Assembly: GCA_965213705.1 (NCBI GenBank)
Contig: OZ243913.1
Location: 704,001-768,000 of the forward strand
Reading direction: 5' to 3'
From: Trueperaceae bacterium
Lineage (GTDB): Bacteria > Deinococcota > Deinococci > Deinococcales > Trueperaceae
DNA length: 64,000 nucleotides
The notes under the pieces were generated by a model. That model had not been told where the DNA came from, searched no databases, and saw nothing but the letters and a program-made list of their open reading frames with translations. Positions 50,175 through 59,620 of the stretch are shown piece by piece; position 1 is the first letter of the stretch, and each line of letters opens with the position of its first letter. The translations under genes were made by a program, and so were the position numbers.

Positions 50175-50251
50175 AAAAGGGGAGAGCGTTGTTCGCCGTT
50201 CGTTTTTAGTTGTTCGTTAAGACGAAAAACGAACGGCGAACGACCAAGAAC
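50142..50251. repeat. (AGTACCG)x4 plus a 17-bp inverted repeat between convergent genes
   Basis: Four perfect AGTACCG units at 50142-50169; GTTCGCCGTTCGTTTTT / AAAAACGAACGGCGAAC stem within 50191-50241. Confidence 0.85.
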
Positions 50252-50269
50252 TATTGCCCCTCGAGCCCC

Positions 50270-51799
50270 TCAGCCCGCGTACTCGCCCCACTCCTGGCGC
50301 AATATGCCGCAGATTTCGCCGAGGGTGGCGTGGGCGCGGAAAGCGTCCAGCACGAACGGGAAAAGGTTGTCCTGGCCCCCGGCAGCGTGGCGCAAACTTG
50401 CCAAGGCCGCGTCCATTTTCGCGCCGTCGCGGTTCTGACGAAAAGCCTGCACTTCCTGTTCGCGTTCTCGCTGCACCTCGGGGTCGATTTCCTGGATGGG
50501 GACGGGCGTCTCGCGCTCGAGCCCAAAGCGGTTCACGCCCACGATGACGCGCTCGCCCTGTTCGACTGCCTGCTGAAAACGGTAAGCGGCTTCTTCGATT
50601 TCTTCTTGGATGAAGCCCGCTTCGATGGCCTTGACGCTGCCGCCTAAGTCCTCGACTTGTTGCATCAATTCGTGAGCTTCGGTCTCGAGTGCGTCTGTCA
50701 AGGTTTCGACGTAGTAACTCCCCGCGAGCGGGTCGACGGCCTCGGGTACGCCGGTCTCGTGGGCGAGTATTTGCTGGGTGCGCAGGGCGGTACGCGCCGA
50801 GCTTTCGGTGGGCAGGCCGAGCGCTTCGTCGAGCGCGTTGGTGTGGAGCGACTGGGTGCCGCCCAAGACCGCGGCGAGCGCTTGATACGCCGTGCGCACC
50901 ACGTTGTTGTCGGGCTGCTGCGCGGTTAAAGTGCTCCCGCCGGTCTGGGTGTGAAAACGGAGCATCAGGCTTTTGTCGTCTTTCGCGCCGAAGTCTTTCA
51001 TAATGTGCGCCCACATGCGCCGCGTGGCGCGGAACTTGGCGACCTCTTCGAGTAAGTTGCTGTGGCAGGCGAAAAAGAAGCTCAGGCGCGGGGCGAACAC
51101 GTCTATGTCCAGACCCTTGGACAGCGCCGCGCGCACGTAAGCTTTCGCGTTGGCGAGCGTAAAGGCGATTTCTTGCGCGGCGGTCGAGCCCGCCTCGCGG
51201 ATGTGGTAGCCCGAAATCGAAATCGTGTTCCAACCCGGCACATGGTTTGCACAATACTCGAACACGTCGGTCACGAGCCGCATCGAGGCCTCGGGCGGGT
51301 AGATGTAGGTGCCTCGAGCGATGTACTCCTTCAAAATGTCGTTCTGCACGGTGCCGCCGAGCTTGTCCGGCGCGACGCCCTGTTCCTCGGCCACCAAGAT
51401 ATAGAGCGCCAACAGCATCATAGCGGGCGCGTTGATGGTCATGGAGGTCGTGACTTTGTTCAAAGGCAGGTCTTTCAGCAACGTGCGCATGTCGTCAAGC
51501 GTGGCAATCGACACGCCGACCTTGCCGACCTCACCCCGCGCCAAAGGGTCGTCGGGGTCGAGGCCGAGTTGGGTGGGCAAGTCGAAGGCGACGCTGAGGC
51601 CGGTTTGGCCCTGTGCCAACAAGTAAAGGTAGCGTTCATTCGAGGCCGCCGCCGAGCCGAAGCCTGCGTACTGGCGCATCGTCCACAAACGGCCGGTGCT
51701 GTACATCTGCGGATAGACGCCCCGCGTAAAGGGAAATTCGCCGGGGGTGCCGAGACGCTCGCTCAAACCTTCGGGCGGCGCGGTATAAATCGGTTTCAT
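50270..51799 (-). CDS. Methylmalonyl-CoA mutase family, substrate-binding (large) subunit without a B12-binding domain
   Basis: [53 protein letters not shown]. Confidence 0.93.
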   Translation of the reverse strand: MKPIYTAPPEGLSERLGTPGEFPFTRGVYPQMYSTGRLWTMRQYAGFGSAAASNERYLYLLAQGQTGLSVAFDLPTQLGLDPDDPLARGEVGKVGVSIATLDDMRTLLKDLPLNKVTTSMTINAPAMMLLALYILVAEEQGVAPDKLGGTVQNDILKEYIARGTYIYPPEASMRLVTDVFEYCANHVPGWNTISISGYHIREAGSTAAQEIAFTLANAKAYVRAALSKGLDIDVFAPRLSFFFACHSNLLEEVAKFRATRRMWAHIMKDFGAKDDKSLMLRFHTQTGGSTLTAQQPDNNVVRTAYQALAAVLGGTQSLHTNALDEALGLPTESSARTALRTQQILAHETGVPEAVDPLAGSYYVETLTDALETEAHELMQQVEDLGGSVKAIEAGFIQEEIEEAAYRFQQAVEQGERVIVGVNRFGLERETPVPIQEIDPEVQREREQEVQAFRQNRDGAKMDAALASLRHAAGGQDNLFPFVLDAFRAHATLGEICGILRQEWGEYAG

Positions 51800-51890
51800 A
51801 AAAGTGATTATACGGGCGGAACTGTTTCGACAAAGAAGTGTACTGCCGGAGGTGTTTGGGAGAAGCCCAAAGCCGGTTTTCACCTACGGT

Positions 51891-51990
51891 CGTCGTTGCG
51901 GGGAGCGTAAGCTGTGAGGCAACCTCAACGCAGAAGCACTACCAGACGAACCTCCTCACTCGAGATTGCTGCGCTTCGCTCGCAAGGACG
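51891..51990. repeat. REP/RPE-like inverted element (GTC.TTGCG...GCAA.CTC / GAGATTGC...CGCAA.GAC)
   Basis: CGTCGTTGCGGGGAGCGTAAGC...GGCAACCTC paired with GAGATTGCTGCGCTTCGCTCGCAAGGACG. Confidence 0.65.
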
Positions 51991-52085
51991 AACTGTTGTG
52001 CGCGGCTTGACAACTTTGCGGCAGCCCTGCTGATAGAGGCATTTTGACCAAAGTCCTAAGCATTCGTGAAGTAGGATTGGTGGTT

Positions 52086-53273
52086 ATGAAAGCCGCTGTC
52101 GCACCCTCTCCCGCCGCCGCGCCCACAACCAAGGGGCACGTGACCCTGTTCAGCCAAGCCAAAGACCCGACGCTGGAGTTGGAGGACGAAGCCGAACGCG
52201 CCGTCGTCGTGCCCTTTGCCGACGCCGGGCCGGGCCGCCTGGCGGGCGAGCGCCGCTGGGTTGCCGAGCCGACTCTGCCGAACACCGGCGCGTGGCGCTT
52301 CCGCGTCGCGCTGGGCGAGGGCGTGTTCGACGCGCCCCTGGACGCACACCACTACGAAACTGATTTGCGTACCTTGTGGCTGCAGGACAAGCAACTGTTC
52401 GGCTACGAGCCCGCGCACTATGTGTCGCCCTCGAGGGTCGTCAAGGTCGAGGCTTTCAAGGGCAGTCTGCCGACGCGCTCGCTCTACATTTATTTACCTC
52501 GCGGCTACGACGAGCACAGCGACAAACGCTACCCGGTCCTCTACATGCACGACGGGCAGAACGTGTTTCAGACCTTCGTCGAAGACAGCTACGCGGGTTC
52601 GTGGCGGGCCGACGCGACGGCGGACACGCTTGTCTCGAGCGGGCTCATGAAAGAATGCCTCATCGTCGGGGTGAGCAACGGCGCCTTGGCGCGCATGGCC
52701 GAATATTTACCGCCCTACTCGTCGTTCAAACCGAGGCGTCCTCAGCCACAGGACAAACCTTCGCTCACAGTCGCCGAGCCCCCCAAAATCTTCAAGGGCG
52801 GTGCCGACAAAACTTTAGCTTACTACCGCGACGAGGTCGGCGCGTACTTGAGCGAGCACTACCGCGTTTTGGACGGCCGCGAGAACACCGCCACCTGCGG
52901 CGCGTCGATGGGCGGGTTGTTCTCGGCCTACCTCGCCTGGGAACAGCCGGACTTCGCCCGGCACCACGCGCTGATGTCGTCCTCGTTCTGGATTACCCGC
53001 AACGAGAAGGGAAAAACCGAGGCGATTGAGCGCTTCCGCACCGGCGAACCCAAAGACGTACGCATCTGGCTCGACAGCGGCACCGGCGACCCCGACAGCG
53101 ACAGCAACGACAACATGTACGCCACCGAAAAAGCTCGAGACGCCCTGCTCGCCAACGGCTTCGAGTACGGGCCGAACTTTCAATACTATCTCGACCAAGG
53201 GGCCATCCACCACGAATCAGCGTGGGCGGCGCGGCTGGACAAGGTGTTCCGGTTTTTGCTGCCGGTGGGGTAG
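52086..53273 (+). CDS. Putative esterase (alpha/beta hydrolase) with an N-terminal extension
   Basis: IYLPRGY, YPVLYMHDGQN, GASMGG, WLDSG, HHESAWAAR. Confidence 0.88.
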   Translation: MKAAVAPSPAAAPTTKGHVTLFSQAKDPTLELEDEAERAVVVPFADAGPGRLAGERRWVAEPTLPNTGAWRFRVALGEGVFDAPLDAHHYETDLRTLWLQDKQLFGYEPAHYVSPSRVVKVEAFKGSLPTRSLYIYLPRGYDEHSDKRYPVLYMHDGQNVFQTFVEDSYAGSWRADATADTLVSSGLMKECLIVGVSNGALARMAEYLPPYSSFKPRRPQPQDKPSLTVAEPPKIFKGGADKTLAYYRDEVGAYLSEHYRVLDGRENTATCGASMGGLFSAYLAWEQPDFARHHALMSSSFWITRNEKGKTEAIERFRTGEPKDVRIWLDSGTGDPDSDSNDNMYATEKARDALLANGFEYGPNFQYYLDQGAIHHESAWAARLDKVFRFLLPVG

Positions 53274-53299
53274 AGAGCAGTCGAGTTGTTGGGAATCTC

Positions 53300-53776
53300 A
53301 TGACGCCGACCTACGCCTTGTTCGCCTGCGCTGAAAAGGTCGATTTGCAAGCCGTTCTAGGTTATGAGGTTGCGTTGCAAAGCACGTTGCGGTTTGCCGG
53401 TTTCAGACCCGAAGAACTGCACTACGAGGACTCGCCGATTGCAGAGGTGAACGCCGTAGAGGTCATGATTCCCTTAGATGCCCCGCTAATCCTTTACCTC
53501 TCGCCCGTTCCGGCGCAACTGGGAACGCCCGCGCCTGAGCGGTTCGAGCGTGTCCTTGTGACGCCCGGACAAGGCGTGATTATCCAGCCGCGGGTGTGTC
53601 ACTATCTTCAGGCTTCGGGGCGGGTTCTGGTCCTGAAAACAGTGGGCGGGTGGAAGTTCACACGCAAGGGGGACGCGCGCGACCCCGGCCAGTGCCGTTT
53701 TTATACGCTGTGCGGTGTCCCTAAACATCAGTGCCCCGACGCGCGTCGGGTCTTTGTCAATGCCGAGACTGGCTGA
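53300..53776 (+). CDS. Hypothetical cupin-like (ureidoglycolate-lyase-like) protein with a Cys-rich tail
   Basis: VTPGQGVIIQPRVCH; C-terminal CRFYTLC...HQC. Confidence 0.5.
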   Translation: MTPTYALFACAEKVDLQAVLGYEVALQSTLRFAGFRPEELHYEDSPIAEVNAVEVMIPLDAPLILYLSPVPAQLGTPAPERFERVLVTPGQGVIIQPRVCHYLQASGRVLVLKTVGGWKFTRKGDARDPGQCRFYTLCGVPKHQCPDARRVFVNAETG

Positions 53777-53878
53777 ATATGTCGATGATGCCGCGCTGAG
53801 CGTGGGTTTCAAGTTCGCTCGAGCCGAAACATCCCACACCCTACTATCCAGCGGGCAAATGTCCTGAATACTGCAAGC

Positions 53879-54382
53879 ATGATTCTCTTCAAGTTCGACT
53901 CAGAAAAAAGCGTGCAGAGCTGGCACACCGAAAACGACGTTGTGATGGGCGGCGTCTCGAGCAGCCAAGTGACCTATGCGCCGGACGCGTCGGGTGAGGG
54001 AAAAGGCGGAGCGAAGTTCAGCGGGGAAGTGTCGCTCGAGAACGGCGACGGTTTCGCGCAGATTTTGTACGATGAAAAAGTTCTCGAGCTGACCGGTTTT
54101 CAGGGCGTGGAGTTACACGTCAAGGGGGACGGACAAACCTACGAACTGCGCTTCGAGACGGACGCCGAGCGGGTTTCTTACGCGCAGTCTTTCGTTGCTG
54201 AAGACGAGTGGCAGCGCGTTCGTCTGCCCTTTGCCGACTTCAAATCTACCTTTCACGGCGAAGACGTACCCGATGCGCCCGCGCTGAACCTGGGGCACAT
54301 ACAAACCGTCGGCTTTTTGATTGGCGAGCAGGAAGGCAGCTTCGAGTTGCTAATTGACGAAGTGAGCGCCTACAAAGAATAG
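53879..54382 (+). CDS. CIA30 family protein
   Basis: NDVVMGGVS, FSGEVSLENG.GFA, VKGDG..Y, W..VRLPF..F. Confidence 0.9.
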   Translation: MILFKFDSEKSVQSWHTENDVVMGGVSSSQVTYAPDASGEGKGGAKFSGEVSLENGDGFAQILYDEKVLELTGFQGVELHVKGDGQTYELRFETDAERVSYAQSFVAEDEWQRVRLPFADFKSTFHGEDVPDAPALNLGHIQTVGFLIGEQEGSFELLIDEVSAYKE

Positions 54383-54412
54383 TTGTTCGAGCTTCAAGGT
54401 ACACTGCACCCT

Positions 54413-55153
54413 ATGCAACGACGTTACGAGACGTTTTACAGCCCCGCGGTGGGCCGCGACATGCAAGTGTTGGCTTACGGGCACTACGGCACCCCGGTCA
54501 TCGCCTTCCCGTCGGGCGGCGGGCAGTACCACGACTTCGAGGACAACGGCATGGTCGCGGCGGTCGGGCACTTGCTCGAGGCAGGCAAGCTCAAACTCTA
54601 CTGTCCCGAAAGCCTGGACAAAGAATCGTGGTTGCGCGTTGATACCGACCCGCACTGGCGCGCGGTGCGGCACTACGCTTATCAGGACTACCTCGTCAAA
54701 GATTTAGTCCCGGCGATTTACGCGGACTGCAATACCTCTTACGTCGGCATCGGCCTCACCGGGTGCAGCCTGGGCGCGTACCACGCGGCGAACTTCGCGT
54801 TGAAGTTTCCGCAGCTTTTCCCCTACGCGCTCTGCTTGAGCGGGCGCTACAACTTGGAAGCGATTACCGGCGGCAGCGGTTCGGAAGACGTTTACTTCAA
54901 CAACCCCATCGCCTACGTCGCCAACCTGCACGGGGGCGAGTTAGAGCACCTGCGCCACCACGCTCACCTCACACTTGTGTGCGGCCAAGGCCCGTGGGAA
55001 GACAAGTGTCTCGCCGACACGAAGCGTTTAGCCGGTTTGCTAGCCCAAAAAGGGATAGGTCACGAACTCGAGCTGTGGGGTTATGACGTGGCGCACGACT
55101 GGGACTGGTGGCGGCGGCAGTTGCCGCACTATTTGGGCGAGGCGCTGGGCTGA
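54413..55153 (+). CDS. Esterase family protein of the ATP-grasp/YbdK-associated type
   Basis: SP..GRDM...YGHYG.PV..FPS.GG...DFED.GM, GCSLGAYHA, YFNNP, WG.DVAHDWDWW. Confidence 0.88.
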   Translation: MQRRYETFYSPAVGRDMQVLAYGHYGTPVIAFPSGGGQYHDFEDNGMVAAVGHLLEAGKLKLYCPESLDKESWLRVDTDPHWRAVRHYAYQDYLVKDLVPAIYADCNTSYVGIGLTGCSLGAYHAANFALKFPQLFPYALCLSGRYNLEAITGGSGSEDVYFNNPIAYVANLHGGELEHLRHHAHLTLVCGQGPWEDKCLADTKRLAGLLAQKGIGHELELWGYDVAHDWDWWRRQLPHYLGEALG

Positions 55154-55158
55154 GGCGC

Positions 55159-55560
55159 TCATTCGGGCAAGACGGTTATCCTACCCTCACTAGCGACGAC
55201 GCCAAAATGACGTTTGTCCAAGCTCAAGGTCAGGCCGCCACTCCGCTCCGCACAGGCGATGACACTCGCGTCGGCAAACCCCAGCGGAAGGTCCGCATAC
55301 CGCTTGACGAGCTGACGGATGCGCGGCAGGTCGTTATCGACGGCTTCAAGCATAAAAGTTCCCGTCTCGAGGTCTGCTAAAAAGAGTTCGAGGGCTCGAA
55401 CTCCAAAACGCTGTTCTAAAAAGTAAGCCACTTCGGCGAGAATCCCGACCGGCACGAGATAAGGCCCGGCATCTGCAAGCAGCGCCGACTTGACTTGCTC
55501 GTGCTCTTCGGCCTTTCGGTCTATCAGGACGATCAAAGCCGATGTGTCGAGAGTTAGCAC
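55159..55560 (-). CDS. vapC: VapC PIN-domain toxin
   Basis: LDTSAL, LAEV, YADLPLGFADASV..AER, LD.RHF. Confidence 0.9.
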   Translation of the reverse strand: MLTLDTSALIVLIDRKAEEHEQVKSALLADAGPYLVPVGILAEVAYFLEQRFGVRALELFLADLETGTFMLEAVDNDLPRIRQLVKRYADLPLGFADASVIACAERSGGLTLSLDKRHFGVVASEGRITVLPE

Positions 55561-55779
55561 CTATTTCCAATTCTTACGCAACCAGTCTTCGCTCTCTTCT
55601 CCGGAGATGCGTCCGTCTGACACTGCTCCTACGGAGCGAGGCAGAGGCTTAGACTGGTTTTTCAGGTAAGTTTGAAGCGCGTCTCTCATTACCTCGGCTT
55701 GTGAGCGCTGCTCTCGCCGTGCTGCTTCTTTGATAGCTCTATGCAATTCAGCAGGCAAATATAAAGTTGTTTTGTCCAT
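55561..55779 (-). CDS. vapB: VapB ribbon-helix-helix antitoxin
   Basis: MDKTTLYLPAEL..AIK..ARR..RSQAEVMRDAL; abuts vapC. Confidence 0.85.
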   Translation of the reverse strand: MDKTTLYLPAELHRAIKEAARREQRSQAEVMRDALQTYLKNQSKPLPRSVGAVSDGRISGEESEDWLRKNWK

Positions 55780-55787
55780 GCGACAGT

Positions 55788-55810
55788 TTACCATATAGGG
55801 TATGTGGTAA
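55788..55810. promoter_or_regulatory. Putative VapBC autoregulatory operator
   Basis: TTACCATATA-GGG-TATGTGGTAA near-perfect inverted repeat just upstream of vapB. Confidence 0.55.
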
Positions 55811-55853
55811 CAGTTTAAACTTCTGTCTCTCGACGATGCCTTAGCAAGCTGCT

Positions 55854-56073
55854 TTAGACACGTTTGCTTGAGCAACAATCCGCGCTGGCTTCCCCAGAGA
55901 CGCGACCGTCCGACGCTGCACCGACAGAACGGGGGAGAGGTGTGGCTCGAGCCTGCACATACCTCGAAAGTGCCACTCTCATTATCTCGGCCTGTGAGCG
56001 CCGCTCCCGTTTGGCCGTTTCCTTGATAGCCTGGCGCAACTCAGCAGGCAAGTTATAGAGTTATTTTCTTCAT
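55854..56073 (-). pseudogene. Second, frameshifted RHH antitoxin paralog lacking its toxin
   Basis: ATG AAG AAA ATA ACT CTA TAA then LPAELRQAIKETAKRERRSQAEIMR...LPRSVGAASDGRVSGE, clearly similar to vapB. Confidence 0.75.
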
Positions 56074-56399
56074 AGGGCAATTTAACCTCACATCGTATAC
56101 GGTAACCGTCGGCGTTCTTCACCTCGAGAGATGCCGGGTCAAGTTGCTTTAGACACACCAGCTTCGGACGGGTGAAGGTTGCCAGAAATGTAAAGGCTTG
56201 TTTCGCGCAAATCGGCGGGTTATATTATCACCAACAACTCATCTGAGAGAGGATTTGTCACTGTTTCTCCAAGGCTGTTTGGAAGTGTGAGGCCGTTCCG
56301 GTCCGCTCCAAGCAAAAAACAGTCTTACTTAAACCCGCCACCCGAGAAATTTTTGGGTGAAACGTCGCTACCTGTTAGAAAAAATCGAGAGGTTTAGAA

Positions 56400-59300
56400 G
56401 TGACTCGAGCCTGCCTATCCGCCTTGTTCGTCCTGATGATGGTCTTAGCCGCCTGCTCGCAGCCAAGCACCCCCGACCCTATCGCCCCCACCGTCACCAA
56501 CTTCCGGGCCGCGAAAAGCACCATCACCGCGGGCGAAGGCACAACCCTCTCCTGGACGGACGCCAGCGCAGACGCGACCCTGACCCTGACACCCGACATC
56601 GGTAACGTGACCGGCCAGACAAGCGTGACGGTGTCGCCGACCGAGACGACCGAGTACACCCTCACGGTCTCGAACAGTGCGGGCAGCAACCAGTACAAGC
56701 TAACCGTCACCGTGAAACCCAAGGACACGCCCGCGCCCACTAACCGAGCGCCGGTCTCGGAGAGCGTCACCAAGAGCACCCAAGAGGGCACGGCGGTCAC
56801 CGTGCAACTCTCGAGCAGCGACCCCGACGGCGACCGTTTGCGCTACAGCGTCGTCGCCGAGCCCCAAAACGGCAGCTTGAGCGGTCTCAACCCCGACACG
56901 GGCGAGATTACCTACACCCCCAACGCTAATTTCAACGGCGCGGACACCTTTACCTTCTCGGTGTCGGACGGCAAGCTGAGTTCGGCCGTGGCGACCGTCA
57001 CCATCAACGTGACCGCGGTCAACGACGCGCCCATAGCCAACGCGCAAACGCGCAGCACGCCAGAGGAGGCGCCCGTGGTCGTCACCCTCTCCGGCAGCGA
57101 CCCGGAAGGGGCTGGCCTCGAGTACGTCGTGACCCGCGAGCCAAATCACGGCACGCTGGGCGCGCTCGAGCCCACGACGCACAAAGTTACCTACACCCCG
57201 GCCCAGGACTACAACGGCACCGACAGCTTTACCTTCGTTGTTTCGGACGGCGAACTGACTTCGGCAGAGGCGACCGTCATCGTTAAAGTGGGCGTGGTGA
57301 ACGACCAGCCCGTCGCTAAAGCGCAGAGCGTTTCACTTGACGAAGACAACGCCAAGGCCATCACGCTCACGGCCCAAGACGCCGACAACGACGCGCTGAC
57401 CTATGCGGTTGTGAAGCAGCCCGAGCACGGCAAACTGAGCGGGCTGAACGTCGGCACCGGCAAGCTGACCTATACCCCGAACAAGGACTACAACGGCGCG
57501 GACAGCTTTACCTTCAAGGCAAACGACGGCACGGAAGACTCGGAAGTCCAGACGGTCAGTTTGACGATAAACCCTGTCAACGACGCGCCTGTGATTGCTG
57601 GGAGTGACAGCGTTTCGGTCACCATGAGCGAGGACGGTGTACCGACAGCTTTCGCGTTGACCCTGAACGCCAGCGATGTTGACAGCAGCACGCTTACCTG
57701 GAGCATCGGCAGCGGAGCGGCGCACGGCACGGCGAGCGTGAGCGGAACCGGCGCTTCTAAAGACGTTACTTACAGCCCGGACGCCGATTACAACGGCTCG
57801 GACAAGTTTGTTGTCAAGGTTGTAGACGGTAACGGCGGCGAAGACACCATTACCGTGAACGTGACGATAGAGGCCGTGAACGACAAACCCACAGCAAAGA
57901 CTATTCCTGACCAGAACTACACCTTTAGCCTTGACCTCAAAGACTACTTCAGTGACATTGACAAAGAAAATCTCACTTACTCCTACGTCGCAACACCGGG
58001 TGCCGATTGGATAGAAATAGAAGGAAGTGTTTTGAGCGCCAAGGTGCCACCGGCCGAACTCAACAACACGTTCAACATCACGGTAACCGGCAGGGACAAC
58101 GCTTCCGAGAGTGCCAGCACGAGCTTCAATTTAGCTATCACGTGTCCCAGTGGGACTCTCTACATTGACGAAAGTGCGAACGGCATAGAGAGCGGCCTTA
58201 CCTGGGCTGACGCCTTTACAGACTTGCAGACCGCGCTCGGCTGGGCGAGAGCGTGTGAGGGGGCAAAAACGCTTAACGTTGCCAAAGGCGTCTACTATCC
58301 GGATGAAGGCTACGCGACAACCCTCGAGTCGCCGAGTGCTCCCGACGACCGCAAGGCTACTTTCTACATCACTGAGGGTATCAAGCTGTACGGCGGATAC
58401 GGAGCCGGTGGTGCGGGTGCGCGGAATCCTGGAACAAACGTTACCGTTTTGAGTGGGGACATTCAGCAGGACGACGTAACTACCGGCGACGGTGTGGTGC
58501 AAGAAGCGGCTGATATTAAAGGGGACAACAGCCTCCACGTCGTTTTTGTAGACGGTGGAAACGAACGAGCCAACGTGACCGGGGAAACCGTGATTGATGG
58601 CTTTACGATTACCGGGGGTTACGGAGTTAGTGGTAGTGGCCTTTACTGTCGTGGAGGGGATAAAGGCAACGAGTGCAGCCCTAAGCTGGCGGAAGTGCAT
58701 TTCGCTGGCAACTATGCTGTAAGTGGCGGGGGTATGTACAACGACGGTACGCTGGACGGAAAGAGCAACCCTTACCTGAGCCACGTAACCTTCTCGGGAA
58801 ATGTAGCCCAAGATGGCGCGGCCATGTTCAACAACGCTAGAGGTTATGATCCTTATGCTAATAATGATTTCGGTGACATTAGAAAGGGAGAAAGCATCCC
58901 CACAGTAATAAATGCAGTATTTATAAACAACACAGTGGACGATTCGGAATATAGTTATTTCGAACCCGGAATCGTATCCAACATAGGGTGGCAATACGGT
59001 ACGAGTGAATCAATCCTGACAAATGTGGTGTTTAGCAACAACAATGGTGCGGCAATTTCTAATCAAGGTTCTTACGAGGGTAAAGGTTTTTCAACCGTTA
59101 TCAATGGCACTTTTTACAAAAATTCTAAGGTCGTAAGCAGCATCGAGGATGCTGACGGCGGAAGTGCAGGAGCTACCTTCGTCAACACAATACTTTGGGA
59201 AAACGAACAGATTGGGTCTGAAGAAACGTTCAGCTATAGCATCATTCCGGGAGGTTGTAACAGGGGGTCTTGCGATAACGTCTACGACACCACCGAGTTT

Positions 59301-59462
59301 CCCTTTATTAGTCCAACCGACCTGCGCCTAAAAGCGGGGTCGCCTGCTATCAACAGGGGCAGCAACAGCGCTATTCAGGCAACGGGTGTAGACACCGACC
59401 TTGACGGGAAGGCTCGTATTGTAGGGAACATAGTCGATCTGGGGGCCTACGAAAAGCAGTAG
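56400..59462 (+). CDS. Large surface lipoprotein: Ig-like domain, four tandem-95/Big_9 repeats, cadherin-like domain, beta-helix, choice-of-anchor-Q-like C-terminus
   Basis: Lipobox LAAC; repeated VND.P...YTP...NG.D.FTF; G.TWADAFTDLQ.AL; GGGMYN repeats; LRLKAGSPAIN.G...DLDGKAR...VDLGAYE. Confidence 0.88.
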   Translation: MTRACLSALFVLMMVLAACSQPSTPDPIAPTVTNFRAAKSTITAGEGTTLSWTDASADATLTLTPDIGNVTGQTSVTVSPTETTEYTLTVSNSAGSNQYKLTVTVKPKDTPAPTNRAPVSESVTKSTQEGTAVTVQLSSSDPDGDRLRYSVVAEPQNGSLSGLNPDTGEITYTPNANFNGADTFTFSVSDGKLSSAVATVTINVTAVNDAPIANAQTRSTPEEAPVVVTLSGSDPEGAGLEYVVTREPNHGTLGALEPTTHKVTYTPAQDYNGTDSFTFVVSDGELTSAEATVIVKVGVVNDQPVAKAQSVSLDEDNAKAITLTAQDADNDALTYAVVKQPEHGKLSGLNVGTGKLTYTPNKDYNGADSFTFKANDGTEDSEVQTVSLTINPVNDAPVIAGSDSVSVTMSEDGVPTAFALTLNASDVDSSTLTWSIGSGAAHGTASVSGTGASKDVTYSPDADYNGSDKFVVKVVDGNGGEDTITVNVTIEAVNDKPTAKTIPDQNYTFSLDLKDYFSDIDKENLTYSYVATPGADWIEIEGSVLSAKVPPAELNNTFNITVTGRDNASESASTSFNLAITCPSGTLYIDESANGIESGLTWADAFTDLQTALGWARACEGAKTLNVAKGVYYPDEGYATTLESPSAPDDRKATFYITEGIKLYGGYGAGGAGARNPGTNVTVLSGDIQQDDVTTGDGVVQEAADIKGDNSLHVVFVDGGNERANVTGETVIDGFTITGGYGVSGSGLYCRGGDKGNECSPKLAEVHFAGNYAVSGGGMYNDGTLDGKSNPYLSHVTFSGNVAQDGAAMFNNARGYDPYANNDFGDIRKGESIPTVINAVFINNTVDDSEYSYFEPGIVSNIGWQYGTSESILTNVVFSNNNGAAISNQGSYEGKGFSTVINGTFYKNSKVVSSIEDADGGSAGATFVNTILWENEQIGSEETFSYSIIPGGCNRGSCDNVYDTTEFPFISPTDLRLKAGSPAINRGSNSAIQATGVDTDLDGKARIVGNIVDLGAYEKQ

Positions 59463-59501
59463 GCCCGCCGGAAAAGTTCCAAACTAAGGTTTCACAAGTT
59501 G

Positions 59502-59527
59502 CAGGTCTTCCATCAACGGGAGACCTG
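59502..59527 (+). terminator. Hairpin after the surface protein gene
   Basis: CAGGTCTTCC / GGGAGACCTG stem; weak T tail. Confidence 0.5.
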
Positions 59528-59620
59528 TCACCTTTCCTCTCACTCACCGGCGGCGTGGTTAAATAGAGTCCAGAGATACAGACTTGGGTTCGTCACGTAA
59601 ACTGGGAGGCTTGAAAGGCA

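Noticed and set aside
50270..51799. Methylmalonyl-CoA mutase lacking a cobalamin-binding domain as a possible truncation
   Set aside because: Split large/small subunit organisation is common; the ORF ends with a normal ATLGEI...WGEY terminus
56160..56400. Possible riboswitch or ncRNA upstream of the surface lipoprotein (also checked 23005-23294 and 42861-43190)
   Set aside because: No recognisable consensus or convincing structure by eye; an Rfam/Infernal scan would be needed
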